Source: an uncultured Gemmatimonadales bacterium
Lineage (GTDB): Bacteria; Gemmatimonadota; Gemmatimonadetes; Gemmatimonadales; GWC2-71-9
Direction: 5' to 3'
Length of the DNA stretch: 64,000 bases
NCBI GenBank assembly: GCA_963771275.1
Contig: CAVYSW010000003.1
Span: forward strand, 1,600,001-1,664,000
Shown: in pieces, positions 30,817-40,557 of the stretch
How positions within the stretch are numbered: the stretch's first letter is position 1
How the letters are laid out: each line of letters starts with the position of its first letter
Position numbers and translations under genes: made by a program
The notes under the pieces: model-generated
The model's database searches: none
What the model was told of the DNA's origin: nothing
The model's input: the letters and a program-made list of their open reading frames with translations, nothing else

Positions 30817-31068
30817 TCATGATTCCACCTTCTCGACGACGATGCGGAGATCCGCGGCGAGCGCAGCCAGCGCGCCGAGCGCGGCCCACACCGGGGCGAG
30901 CACCGCGCCCACGACCCCGAGCGTCAACGGGACCTCGAGCAGTGTCCGTCCCTCGTCATTCTTGATGATGATCCGCCGGACGTTGCCCTGGTGAATGATC
31001 TCCTTGATCTTGGCGACGAGGTTCTCGCCGCGCACCCGGAACTCGGAGGTCTCGACGCGCTCGGCCAT
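30817..31068 (-). CDS. DUF4342 domain protein
   Basis: LVAKIKEIIHQGNVRRIIIK..G.TLLEVPLT.G plus a hydrophobic tail; AAGGAG RBS. Confidence 0.85.
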   Translation of the reverse strand: MAERVETSEFRVRGENLVAKIKEIIHQGNVRRIIIKNDEGRTLLEVPLTLGVVGAVLAPVWAALGALAALAADLRIVVEKVES

Positions 31069-31156
31069 ATGGGCTCCTTTCCGACCCGGGCGCCCTGCCC
31101 GGACGCGGTGCAGTCTAGCGCGGCCGCACGCCGAATTCAAACCGCCCGCCGAACGG

Positions 31157-31600
31157 ATGGCGCTAACTCGGGACCAAGGGCTAGTTTACGGTGGCGTCGG
31201 GAACTTCGCAGACACCCCAGGGGGCCGTTTGGCTGCTCGCAGGGGTCTGAACCCCATCTACCTGCAGGACCTCGCGGAATCCGGTGGCGAGCCCCTCGTC
31301 CGGGACATCGTTCGGACGTTTCTCGACACCGTCCCCCCCCGCGCGGCGTCGCTGCGCGCGGCCCTGGGAGGGGGTGACGCTGCCGCGGCGGGCCGCGCCG
31401 CCCACTCGATCGTCTCCTCGGCTGCCATGGTGGGCCTGATCGAGGTCCAGGAAGCCGCGCGCGCCATCGAGCTGCTGGCCGCGCAGGGCGGGCCGGTGCC
31501 TCCTGGGCTGATCGGCGTCTTGGACCGGTCCCTGGCGGAGGCCCCGGCGCTGCTCGCTGACGCGATGCGTACGGCCCTCGAGGGAACCGAGGCCGGATGA
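31157..31600 (+). CDS. Hpt (histidine phosphotransfer) domain protein; start uncertain
   Basis: L..L...GG..LV..IV..FL..., AAHSIVSSAAMVG (degenerate AHxLKGS), helical; ATGA overlap with the receiver gene. Confidence 0.75.
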   Translation: MALTRDQGLVYGGVGNFADTPGGRLAARRGLNPIYLQDLAESGGEPLVRDIVRTFLDTVPPRAASLRAALGGGDAAAAGRAAHSIVSSAAMVGLIEVQEAARAIELLAAQGGPVPPGLIGVLDRSLAEAPALLADAMRTALEGTEAG

Positions 31601-32016
31601 CCATGGACACCCGCGCCCGCGGCCCCCATGTGGTGCTCGTGGCCGAAGACGATCCGGTGACCACGAAGGTGCTGCTCCACCGGCTCTCTAACGAGCACGG
31701 CCTGCGCGTGGTGCATGCCGACGACGGGACCGCGGCGCTGGAGCTCGCCGAGCGCGAAGCGCTCGACGCCGCCATCCTCGACATCCGGCTCCCCGGCCTC
31801 GACGGACTGGGTGTCCTGGCGCGCCTGCGCGAGATGCCCCGCTATGAGCGGCTCCCGATCCTCATGCTCACCTCACTCGGCTCCGAGAGCGACGTGCTGC
31901 GCGGGTTCGAGCTCGGAGCCGACGACTATGTGGTCAAGCCATTCTCCCCAGCCGAGCTGATCGCGCGGGTCCGGCGGCTGCTCGCGCGCGGCGAGACGGA
32001 CCACGGGACGGCATGA
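31597..32016 (+). CDS. Single-domain response regulator (REC)
   Basis: VLVAEDD, ILDIRLPG.DG, ILMLTS, GADDYVVKPF. Confidence 0.93.
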   Translation: MTMDTRARGPHVVLVAEDDPVTTKVLLHRLSNEHGLRVVHADDGTAALELAEREALDAAILDIRLPGLDGLGVLARLREMPRYERLPILMLTSLGSESDVLRGFELGADDYVVKPFSPAELIARVRRLLARGETDHGTA

Positions 32017-33080
32017 CCGGACTGCCGCTGCCCCTGCCGTTTGGTGATCGGGTCTTCTGGCTCCTCAGCCTTTCCATCGTGCTCGTGGCGCTGTGTGCCG
32101 TCGGGATGATCGCCACGGCGCTGGTGCTCCGCTGGCGCAACAACCGCACCGCACGCCGGTGGACCGCGCGCGAGGCGGTCTGGGACCCCGTGATGCTCGA
32201 CGTGCTCGAAGGCGTCCGGCCACCGGAGGAGCTGACCGGCCTCGTCCGGCAGACTGATCGCCGCCACTTCGTGACCTATCTGCTGCGCTACGCGCGGACG
32301 GTGCGGGGCGGGGGCCGAGCGATCGTGCAGGGTCTCGCGCGGCCGCACCTGCCGCTGGTGGCGGCGGAGTGCGCGCACCGGCGGGCGGAGCGTCGGGCCC
32401 TCGCGGTGCAGATCCTCGGCGAGCTCGGTCCCCACGAGTACCGCGAGCAGATCGCCGGCGCGCTCGACGACTCGGCGCCGCTCGTCACGGTCATCGCCGC
32501 CGGCGCCATCGCCCGCGACTACTCACCGCACGACGTTCGCCACCTGCTCGAACGGGTCGGCCAGCTCGAGCTGTGGACGGTCCGGTTTCTCGTCTCGCTG
32601 TTGCAGCGCATGGGGCCGCAGTCGGCGTGGGCGTTCCGCGAGGTCCTGGGAGACGCGACCCGCCCCGACCGGCTCCGCGCGATCGCGGGCCACGTGCTCG
32701 CCCAGTTCAACGACTTGCCGTCCGGCGACCTCGCGGCCGGCGTGCTCGAGACGTCGCGCGATCCCGACCTCCAGGTCGCCGCGCTGCGGGTGCTGGAGCA
32801 CGTGGGGACGGCCGAACACCTGGGGATCGTGCGCGCGCTGGCGCGCGACCCGGAGCCGGCGGTGCGCGGCAACGCGATCCGGGTGCTGGCCGCGGTGGGT
32901 GGGGACGCGGAGGTGCCGACGATCCGCGAGGCGCTCGACGACGAGTCGCATTGGGTCGCGATCCACGCGGTCGGTGCCCTCAAGCGGCTGGGACGCGCCG
33001 ACCTGCTGCGCACGCTGGTGGAGACCGGGCACCGCTGGTCGATGGCCGTCCACGAGGTCTTCCTTCCCGGGACCGCATGA
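32013..33080 (+). CDS. Membrane-anchored HEAT repeat protein
   Basis: N-terminal TM helix; repeated R..A...LG, L.D....V...A units. Confidence 0.8.
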   Translation: MTGLPLPLPFGDRVFWLLSLSIVLVALCAVGMIATALVLRWRNNRTARRWTAREAVWDPVMLDVLEGVRPPEELTGLVRQTDRRHFVTYLLRYARTVRGGGRAIVQGLARPHLPLVAAECAHRRAERRALAVQILGELGPHEYREQIAGALDDSAPLVTVIAAGAIARDYSPHDVRHLLERVGQLELWTVRFLVSLLQRMGPQSAWAFREVLGDATRPDRLRAIAGHVLAQFNDLPSGDLAAGVLETSRDPDLQVAALRVLEHVGTAEHLGIVRALARDPEPAVRGNAIRVLAAVGGDAEVPTIREALDDESHWVAIHAVGALKRLGRADLLRTLVETGHRWSMAVHEVFLPGTA

Positions 33081-34534
33081 TGGTCCCGTGGCTGTGGCGG
33101 GGCCTCTGGCTCTTGAACGCCGTCGTCCTCGCCTACTTCGTGCTGCTCAACACGATCTACCTGCTCACCAGCCTGGTCGCCTTCAAGTCGCTGCGGCGCT
33201 ACGTGCATCGCCTGCGCTCGCTCGACGTCGAGGAGCTGATCGGCTCGGGAGCGGCTCCGGCGATCACGCTGGTCGTGCCGGCCTACGGCGAAGAGGCGAC
33301 CTGCGTCGAGGCGACCCAGGCCCTGCTGACGCTGCGCTACTCGGAGTATGACGTGGTCGTCGTGAACGACGGCTCACCCGACCGCACGCTCGCGGTGCTG
33401 ACGGAGGCGTTCGAGCTCGTGCCGGCCGCGCGCCTGCCGTCGGCCGCCATCCCGACCGCCCGGGTGCGCCAGATGTACCGCAGTCGGCGTCACGCGAACC
33501 TCTGGGTCGTGGACAAGGAGAACGGCGGGAAGTCCGACGCCCTCAACGCCGGCCTCAACGCCTGCCGCACGCCCCTGTTCTGCGTCATCGACGCCGACAG
33601 CATCCTCGAGCCCGACGCCCTGATGCGCGTGACCCGGCCGTTCCTCGAGGATGAGCGCACCGTTGCGGTGGGCGGGATCATCCGCATTGCCAACGGCTCC
33701 ACGATCGCGGGCGGCCGGGTGCGCGACGTGCGGCTGCCGCACAGCCTGCTCGCGCGGCTCCAGGTGCTCGAGTACCTTCGGGCCTTCCTGTCGGCCCGGG
33801 TCGCCTGGGCGGAGCTGAACGCGACCCTGATCATCTCCGGCGCGTTCGGGCTGTTCAAGCGGGGCATCGTGGTCGAAGCGGGCGGCTTCGCGACGGACAC
33901 GGTGGGCGAGGACATGGAGCTGGTGGTGCGCCTGCACCGCCACTGCCGCGAGCGGGGCATCCCCTACCGCATCACGTTCGTGCCGGATCCCGTCGCGTGG
34001 ACCGAGTGCCCCGAGACGCTCGGCGCGCTCTCGCGGCAGCGGGACCGCTGGCAGCGCGGGCTGGCGGAGTCGCTCGTGCGGCACCGCCGCATGCTGTTCA
34101 ACCCCCGGTTCGGCGCGGTGGGGCTGCTCGCCTACCCGTACTTCTTCTTCCTCGAGATGCTCGGCCCGGTGGTCGAGATCGTGGGCTACGTCGCCTTCGC
34201 GGCGGTCCTGGTGCTCGGGCAGTGGTCGGCGGCGTACCTCATGGCCTTCCTCTCCCTGGCCGTCTTCTTCGGCATTGCCCTCTCGGCGGCCGCCATCGGC
34301 CTGGAGGAGCTCACGTTCCGCCGCTACTCGCGGTGGGCCGACCTGCGGCAACTCTTCTGGCTCGCGATTCTGGAGAACGCGGGCTACCGTCAGCTCACCG
34401 TCTGGTGGCGGGTGCGGGGGCTGTTGTCGAGCGTGTTCCGGGTGCGCCGCTGGGGACACCAGAAGCGCAAGGGCTTCGCCCAACGCCCGCCGCCGGCCGG
34501 CCCGCCGCCCGCCGCGGGGCCGGTGGGGCGCTAG
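33077..34534 (+). CDS. Processive glycosyltransferase family 2 (PgaC/IcaA/NodC-like)
   Basis: N-terminal TM, VPAY.EE, NDGS.D, NGGKSDALN.G, IDADS, SGAFGLF, GEDMEL, QRDRW (QxxRW), C-terminal TMs. Confidence 0.92.
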   Translation: MMVPWLWRGLWLLNAVVLAYFVLLNTIYLLTSLVAFKSLRRYVHRLRSLDVEELIGSGAAPAITLVVPAYGEEATCVEATQALLTLRYSEYDVVVVNDGSPDRTLAVLTEAFELVPAARLPSAAIPTARVRQMYRSRRHANLWVVDKENGGKSDALNAGLNACRTPLFCVIDADSILEPDALMRVTRPFLEDERTVAVGGIIRIANGSTIAGGRVRDVRLPHSLLARLQVLEYLRAFLSARVAWAELNATLIISGAFGLFKRGIVVEAGGFATDTVGEDMELVVRLHRHCRERGIPYRITFVPDPVAWTECPETLGALSRQRDRWQRGLAESLVRHRRMLFNPRFGAVGLLAYPYFFFLEMLGPVVEIVGYVAFAAVLVLGQWSAAYLMAFLSLAVFFGIALSAAAIGLEELTFRRYSRWADLRQLFWLAILENAGYRQLTVWWRVRGLLSSVFRVRRWGHQKRKGFAQRPPPAGPPPAAGPVGR

Positions 34535-34621
34535 CCCGGGTCGGGGGACGGCGCCCTCCTTGCCGCGCGGTGGGCGCCGGGGTATCAGGGAACGCATTCA
34601 CCATTTCGGCAGGAGCTGATC

Positions 34622-34837
34622 ATGGAGCTCGAGCGCGAGAGCCACTCGCTGGATCCGGTGCGTCAGGCGCTGCAGGAATTCGAGGAGGCGGTTGTCGCCC
34701 GCGAGCACCGCTCCCTCGTCGAGAGCAAGGTCATGAAGCAGCAGGCCGCCGACCGCGCGCGCGCGCGCGTGATCGACGAAATCATGCAGCTGGTGCGGCG
34801 GACGATTGCCGAGCGGGAGGGGAAGGGAAGGGCCTAG
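34622..34837 (+). CDS. Small helical hypothetical protein
   Basis: AGGAG RBS, GC3-biased codons, 71 aa. Confidence 0.6.
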   Translation: MELERESHSLDPVRQALQEFEEAVVAREHRSLVESKVMKQQAADRARARVIDEIMQLVRRTIAEREGKGRA

Positions 34838-35055
34838 CTCTTGTGGCGGAACGTGATGCGACCGCGGCTCAAATCGTAGGGGGACACCTCGACGGTGACG
34901 CGATCGCCCTGGAGCACGCGGATCCGGAAGCGACGCATCTTGCCCGCGATCGTGGCCAGGACCGTATGACCGTTCTCGAGCTCGACCCGAAAGGTCGCGT
35001 TCGGGAGCACCTCCTTGACGGTTCCCTCTAGGACGATCGACTCTTCTTTGGACAT
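34834..35055 (-). CDS. infA: Translation initiation factor IF-1
   Basis: [34 protein letters not shown]...IR.L.GD.V.VE.SPYDL.RGRITFR. Confidence 0.98.
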   Translation of the reverse strand: MSKEESIVLEGTVKEVLPNATFRVELENGHTVLATIAGKMRRFRIRVLQGDRVTVEVSPYDLSRGRITFRHKS

Positions 35056-35191
35056 ACCACTCCGGGGCTCGACAGGGCAGCGGCAAACATAGCCTACAAT
35101 CGGGGTTCCCGCCCGCCACGAAACCCCGCAGCGCGTCGGGCCGCCCCAAGCGGATCGGGACGGCCCGACGCATCTCCGTAATCCGGCGCGA

Positions 35192-35404
35192 TCAGCCGCC
35201 CAGCTTCACGACGTTCTGCGCCGCCGGGCCTTTCTCGCCCTGGACGATCTCGAACTCGACGCGCTCGCCCTCGGCCAGGGTCTTGAAGCCCTGCATCTGA
35301 ATGGCGGTGTGATGGACGAAGCAGTCCTTCTCCCCGCTATCCGGCGTGATGAACCCGAAGCCCTTGGCGTCGTTGAACCACTTTACTTTCCCGGTGGTAC
35401 GCAT
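35192..35404 (-). CDS. cspA: Cold-shock protein
   Basis: GKVKWFN..KGFGFI (RNP1), D.FVH (RNP2), GFKTL.EG..VEFEI..G.KGP.A.NV. Confidence 0.97.
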   Translation of the reverse strand: MRTTGKVKWFNDAKGFGFITPDSGEKDCFVHHTAIQMQGFKTLAEGERVEFEIVQGEKGPAAQNVVKLGG

Positions 35405-35525
35405 GACCGTACTCCCTACCTCTGGTTGTGTCGTTCGTCGGAGACGGCAGTGCCGTACCTACCGACTACTTGGCGCGTGCGCGGCCGTTGCCCCCGCGGA
35501 AGGCTGTCGCTGTGCGACGGCGTAA

Positions 35526-35554
35526 AGGGTAGTGCGCGGGCCGTCATCTGTCAA
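35526..35554 (-). promoter_or_regulatory. Sigma70 promoter of csp, implying a 5' UTR of about 115 nt
   Basis: TTGACA (35554-35549), 17-nt spacer, TACCCT (35531-35526). Confidence 0.7.
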
Positions 35555-35603
35555 AGCCCTGCGGAGCAATGGGTTGACGCGGCCCGGGGGCGCGTCGGCC
35601 GGG

Positions 35604-36359
35604 TCAATTGAGCTTGCTGAACCGGTCGAGAAACGCGCGCTCGTCGGGCGTGAGGCTCGCCAGGCCGGTCCCGGAGATCTTGTCGAGAATCCGGTTCAGC
35701 TCCTCCTGGTTCAGCGGATGGAGCTCCTCGCCCCGGATCGCCCGCCACCGGCTCAGGTCCTGCACGTCCGCCGACCGCTTCTGAACCGGTGCGGCCCGCC
35801 TCTGGAACCGGGCCGCCGCGGAGTTGGCTTCGGCGAGCTTCAGGAAGAGGAACCCCCCAACGAACCCGCCAAGGTGCGCGAAATGCGCGACGCCGCCGCC
35901 CCGGGTCACGGCGCCGAACACCGAGATCACCGTGAAGCCGGCCACGAGCAGCCACATCTCGACGGGCAGCACGCCCCAGATGTAGACCTTCTCGCGTGGC
36001 CAGTACCGCGCGAACCCGTAGAGCACGCCGAAGATTGCCCCCGACGCCCCCACGACGAGCGCGTTGGGCGTCATCACGGAGGCGACCGCGCCCATCAGCC
36101 CGCTGGTGAAATAGAGGCCCAGGAAGCGTCCACTCCCGAGCCGGGCCTCGAGCCGCGGCCCGAAGAAGAACAGGCCCACCATGTTGAACAGCAGGTGCAG
36201 AAAGCCCGCATGGATGAACATGTACGTGACCGGCGTCCACGGCCGGGTCAGCACGCCGGCGGGCCAGAGGCCCAGGATCCGCTCGGTCCCGGGTACGGTG
36301 CTGGTGAGCAGGAACATCGCCGCGTTGGCGAAGATCAGGCGGGTGACCCAGGGTGTCAT
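35604..36359 (-). CDS. Rhomboid family intramembrane serine protease
   Basis: PW..VTYMF.H..FLH..FNM, GASG (catalytic Ser), AHFAHLGG (catalytic His), C-terminal soluble domain ILDKI...G..SLT..E..FL. Confidence 0.93.
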   Translation of the reverse strand: MTPWVTRLIFANAAMFLLTSTVPGTERILGLWPAGVLTRPWTPVTYMFIHAGFLHLLFNMVGLFFFGPRLEARLGSGRFLGLYFTSGLMGAVASVMTPNALVVGASGAIFGVLYGFARYWPREKVYIWGVLPVEMWLLVAGFTVISVFGAVTRGGGVAHFAHLGGFVGGFLFLKLAEANSAAARFQRRAAPVQKRSADVQDLSRWRAIRGEELHPLNQEELNRILDKISGTGLASLTPDERAFLDRFSKLN

Positions 36360-36439
36360 AAGCCCGTAGTTTAGGGGGTCCGTGCCGGCGCGTGAACCCT
36401 TGACCGCCGGCTCGGCTCCCTCACTGTCCTGGAGGCACC

Positions 36440-36895
36440 ATGCGGCTGACGGCATCGGCGGTGCTCGGATTGGCGCTGCTCACGGCGTGCGCGCGGTTGA
36501 CGTTCCAGCATCCGACGGCCGCGCTGGTCGCCATCGAGCTGACCGGCGTGGGACTGCAGGGTGGGGCCCTGACCCTGCAGCTCGACGTGCACAACCCCAA
36601 CGCCTTCGACCTGCGAACGACCAGGATCGCGGTCGGGCTCGACCTCGACGGGACGCACTTCGGGGACCTGGACCTCGCGCGCGACATTGCGCTGCCCGCC
36701 GGTCGGACGAGTCGCGTGGAGCTGCCGCTCAGCTTCGTGTGGAGCGGTGTCGGAGCCGGTGCCCGCGCCATGCTGGGCCGGGGTGCGGTCCGCTATGATC
36801 TCACCGGCCGCCTGTTCGTCCAGACGCCGATCGGCGAGCGCGCCGTCGGCGTCCGGGTGGGTGGGGACGTGACGCTCAGGGACCTCGTGCCGTAG
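36440..36895 (+). CDS. LEA type 2 (WHy domain) lipoprotein
   Basis: LLTAC lipobox, L.V.NPN.F.L motif. Confidence 0.85.
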   Translation: MRLTASAVLGLALLTACARLTFQHPTAALVAIELTGVGLQGGALTLQLDVHNPNAFDLRTTRIAVGLDLDGTHFGDLDLARDIALPAGRTSRVELPLSFVWSGVGAGARAMLGRGAVRYDLTGRLFVQTPIGERAVGVRVGGDVTLRDLVP

Positions 36896-37460
36896 CGAGT
36901 CGCGCGACCTCCGCGTGGCGAAAGCACCGCACCAGGTGGTCGTTCACCAGCCCCGCCGCCTGCATGTATGCGTAGCAGATCGTCGAGCCCACGAAGCGGA
37001 AGCCCAGCTCCCGCAGGGCCCGGCTCATCCGGTCGGAGTCGGTGGAGGTCGCCGGAATCTGCCGCAGCGCCTTGCGGACGGGCTGTCGGGGCGCGCCGCC
37101 CACGAAGCTCCAGATGAAGGCGTCGAACGAGCCGTATCGCCGCTGGACGGCGAGGAACGCGCGCGCATTCCCGATCGTGGCCGCGATCTTCTGCTGATTG
37201 CGCACGATGCCCGCATCGGCCATCAGCCGGGCCACCGAGCGCCGGTGGTAGCGGGCGACGCGGCGCGGGTCGAACCCGTCGAACGCGCGGCGGAACCGCT
37301 CCCGCTTGTTGAGGATAGTGGACCAGCTGAGCCCCGCCTGGAACGCGTCGAGCACGAGAAACTCGAAGTGCCGGCGGTCGTCGTGCAGCGGCACGCCCCA
37401 CTCCTCGTCGTGATACGCGCGCATCAGATCGCTGGACTCGCACCACTCGCATCGCTGCAT
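36876..37460 (-). CDS. tag: DNA-3-methyladenine glycosylase I
   Basis: RC.W, YHDEEWG.P, FQAGLSW.TIL.KR, GI.RN..KI, GFRFVGSTICYAYMQA.G.VNDH...C. Confidence 0.96.
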   Translation of the reverse strand: MQRCEWCESSDLMRAYHDEEWGVPLHDDRRHFEFLVLDAFQAGLSWSTILNKRERFRRAFDGFDPRRVARYHRRSVARLMADAGIVRNQQKIAATIGNARAFLAVQRRYGSFDAFIWSFVGGAPRQPVRKALRQIPATSTDSDRMSRALRELGFRFVGSTICYAYMQAAGLVNDHLVRCFRHAEVARLATARGP

Positions 37461-37636
37461 CGGCGTCCCTCCCGGCGCGCGGCGCGCGGCTGGTCACGCC
37501 GCCGTTGTGACGGTATTCTATCAGCCGGTCTCCGCGACGGCATCGGCACCCGAACCCGCTCGTCCCGTTCTGCCGCCACGCGCCGGGAGTCGCCGTTTGT
37601 GCCAACCGGTCCTCGTACCTCCTTCGGGGTGATGCC

Positions 37637-39517
37637 ATGACGCCCGTCCCGCTCCTCCTCGCCGCAGCGCTGCAGGTGGCGATGCAGCAGGTCCAGGACA
37701 GCTCGCCGTTCCGCCCGCTCGCGCTCCCGACGCCGACCGCGGTCCGCGCGGCCGACGGCCGCCCCGGACCCGGCTACTGGCAGCAGCGCGTCGATTACAC
37801 GATCAGCGCGCGCCTCGACCCCGACCGCCAGCTGCTCAGCGGCCGCGAGACGATCCGCTACGTGAACCGCTCACTCCAGGACCTCGGGTACCTGTGGCTG
37901 TTCCTCGACCAGAACATCTGCGCACCGACCAGCGTGGCCAGCCAGCTGAACCAGCCGCCACTCGTGTTCCAGGACGACGTGTTCGATTTCTCCTGCCTCG
38001 GCTTCGCCGGCGGTGTCACGCTGGACTACGTCCGCGACGCCGGCCGCGAGTTGCCCTACACGGTGCACGGCACCACCATGCGGATCGAGCTGGCCGAGCC
38101 GCTCAAGCCCGGCGCGACCATCCGGCTCGACATCGGCTGGCAGTTCCCGGTGCCGGCGTACGGTGCGGGCCGCATGGGACGGGACGGCACGCTGTACGAG
38201 ATCGCCCAATGGTACCCGCGGGTGGCGGTGTTCGACGACGTGCGCGGGTGGAACAGCGATCCGTACATCGGGGCAGGAGAGTTCTACCTCGAGTACGGCA
38301 GCTTCGACGTCGCGCTGACGTTGCCGGCGAGCTACGTGGTCGCGGCGACCGGCGTGCTGCAGAATCCCTCCGACGTGCTCACCGCGGCCCAGCGCGAGCG
38401 CCTCGCGCGCGCGGCCCGGTCGGCGACGCCGGTGGCGGTGATCGCGGCGGCGGAGGCCGGCCAGCGGGCCAGCCGGCCGACGACGACCGGCACGCTCACC
38501 TGGCGGTTCGTGGCCGACAGCGTGCGCGATTTCGCGTTCGCCGCGGCGCCCAACCTGCGGTGGGACGCGACCAGCTGGCACGGCGTCCTCATCCAGACGT
38601 TCTATCGCCCGCAGGCCAAGCTCTGGGAAGAGGCCATCCGCATGGCCGAGCACACGATCCGGCACTTCAGCGAGCGCCTGTATCCCTATCCGTATCCCCA
38701 GGCGAGCACGATCGAGGGGCCGATCGCCGGCATGGAATACCCGATGCTCACGTTCGTGCCGGCGGGCGCGACCCGCGAGGACCTGCACTGGACCCTGATG
38801 CACGAGTTCGGCCACGAGTGGTACCCGATGATCGTGGGCTCGAACGAGCGGCTGTACCCCTGGATGGACGAGGGCTTCAACACGTTCATCGACATCGAGG
38901 CCACCGAGGACTATTTCACAGGCACGGCGTACGCCGACACGATCGGCCAGATGCCGCTCCACTTCTACCGGCAGCATGCCGTGCCGGGACACGAGCAGCC
39001 GCTCAGCACCAGACCCGTCGAGTCGCGCGACCTGTTCTGGACGGGGTACTACAAGCCGGCCCTGATGCTGCAGCTGCTCCGCTTCGAGGTGCTGGGCAAG
39101 GAGCGGTTCGACCGCGCGTTCCGCGCCTACACCGACGCCTGGGCGTTCAAGCACCCGGCGCCGGCCGACTTCTTCCGCATGATGCGCAACGAGACAGGCG
39201 TCGACCTCGACTGGTTCTGGCGCGGCTGGATCTACACCACCGGCCGGCTCGATCAGGCGGTGGATTCGGTCACCGCAGGGCAGGATGGCGTCGCGATCCA
39301 TCTCTCCGACCGCGGCACGATGGTGATGCCGGCCGAGCTCGCCCTCACGTTCCCCGGCGGGCGCACCGAAGTCGTGAAGCTGCCGGTCGACATGTGGAAC
39401 CCCGGCCGGCGGTTCACCTATCGCTATCGGGGCAAGGACGTACCCGCGGCCGTGCAGCTCGATCCGCGCGGCGTGCTGCCCGACGTCGACCGCGCGAACG
39501 ACCGCTGGCCGCGCTGA
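37637..39517 (+). CDS. M1 family aminopeptidase, exported
   Basis: YWQQ.VDY, AQWYPR, GEFYLEYG, GMEYPM, HEFGH + WMDEG zinc motif, Y.KP. Confidence 0.92.
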   Translation: MTPVPLLLAAALQVAMQQVQDSSPFRPLALPTPTAVRAADGRPGPGYWQQRVDYTISARLDPDRQLLSGRETIRYVNRSLQDLGYLWLFLDQNICAPTSVASQLNQPPLVFQDDVFDFSCLGFAGGVTLDYVRDAGRELPYTVHGTTMRIELAEPLKPGATIRLDIGWQFPVPAYGAGRMGRDGTLYEIAQWYPRVAVFDDVRGWNSDPYIGAGEFYLEYGSFDVALTLPASYVVAATGVLQNPSDVLTAAQRERLARAARSATPVAVIAAAEAGQRASRPTTTGTLTWRFVADSVRDFAFAAAPNLRWDATSWHGVLIQTFYRPQAKLWEEAIRMAEHTIRHFSERLYPYPYPQASTIEGPIAGMEYPMLTFVPAGATREDLHWTLMHEFGHEWYPMIVGSNERLYPWMDEGFNTFIDIEATEDYFTGTAYADTIGQMPLHFYRQHAVPGHEQPLSTRPVESRDLFWTGYYKPALMLQLLRFEVLGKERFDRAFRAYTDAWAFKHPAPADFFRMMRNETGVDLDWFWRGWIYTTGRLDQAVDSVTAGQDGVAIHLSDRGTMVMPAELALTFPGGRTEVVKLPVDMWNPGRRFTYRYRGKDVPAAVQLDPRGVLPDVDRANDRWPR

Positions 39518-39538
39518 CCGGTCAGCGGACCGGCCCGC

Positions 39539-40528
39539 TCAAGCCGGAGTGCGCGCGGCCGCCGCGAGGCGCCGCACGATGTCGCCGGCCGGCAGGATCT
39601 CGTGGATGCCAGCGACGCTCTTGCCCGCCTGCCAATAGTCGCGCACCCCGCGCTCGTCGAGCGACGCGCGCTTGAGCTGCCAGAGGGAGCGCAGCGCGTA
39701 GACGGTGCGCATCCAGTGCTTGGTGCGCCGATGCCGCAGCATCCAGCGCGCGATGGGGCCTGCCGTGAGGCCCATGCGCTCGATGAACGGCGTCCGGATC
39801 ACCGCGACCGGGACGCCCGTGATCCGCTCGGTGAGGACGATGTCCTGTTCGCGCGCCCGGACGATGGCCTCCTTGTACGCGGCGCTCGCACGGCATTCCG
39901 GCGTCGCGATGAAGCGCGTGCCGAGCTGCGCGCCGGCGTAGCCCAGTCGGAGGGCGGCGACGAACCCCGGAGCGTCGGCGATCCCGCCGGCACAGACCAA
40001 CGGCACGCCCAGGTTTCCCAGCTCGTCCATCAGGGCCTCGGCGCTGTTCGGCCCCGCGTGGCCGCCGGCCCGGCAGTTCACGGCGATCAGGCCGTCCACC
40101 CCGCCGTCCAGCGCCTTGAGCGCCCACTTGCGCTCGGTGACGTCGTGGTACACCACGCCGCCGGCCGACGCCACGAGCGTGACCACCCACCGCGGATTGC
40201 CGAGTGACGTGACGAAGAAGCGCACGCCCTCTTCCAGGGCGATCGTGACCCAGCGCTCCATCCGTTCGCGGTACGCGCGCGACGCCTGCTCGATCAGGGC
40301 GTTCATCCCGATCGGTTTCGCCGTGAGCCGCCGGATGAGGCGCAGACCCTCGCGATAGTCGTGACCGTGCACGTACGTGAGCGAGATCGGCTGCACGATG
40401 CCGATCCCGCCGGCCTCCGAGACCGCGGCGACCAGCTCGGGATTGCTGCAGGGGTACATCGCGCCGCAGATGAGCGGCACCTCAATGCCGACGCGGCGCG
40501 TGAGCGGCGTGTCGAGCGACGTCGTCAT
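39539..40528 (-). CDS. Nitronate monooxygenase / FabK-like flavin oxidoreductase
   Basis: P.I.G.M, ELVAAVS.AGG.G, AGGH.G, AGGI.D, G..GAQ.GTRF.A..E, W.AG.S. Confidence 0.88.
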   Translation of the reverse strand: MTTSLDTPLTRRVGIEVPLICGAMYPCSNPELVAAVSEAGGIGIVQPISLTYVHGHDYREGLRLIRRLTAKPIGMNALIEQASRAYRERMERWVTIALEEGVRFFVTSLGNPRWVVTLVASAGGVVYHDVTERKWALKALDGGVDGLIAVNCRAGGHAGPNSAEALMDELGNLGVPLVCAGGIADAPGFVAALRLGYAGAQLGTRFIATPECRASAAYKEAIVRAREQDIVLTERITGVPVAVIRTPFIERMGLTAGPIARWMLRHRRTKHWMRTVYALRSLWQLKRASLDERGVRDYWQAGKSVAGIHEILPAGDIVRRLAAAARTPA

Positions 40529-40557
40529 TGGCGCAACGCGCGCCGGCCGCGACGCGC

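Noticed and set aside
32369..33076. N-terminal extension of the GT2 ORF (721 aa)
   Set aside because: It is an off-frame reading of the HEAT gene; the true start is the ATGA overlap at 33077.
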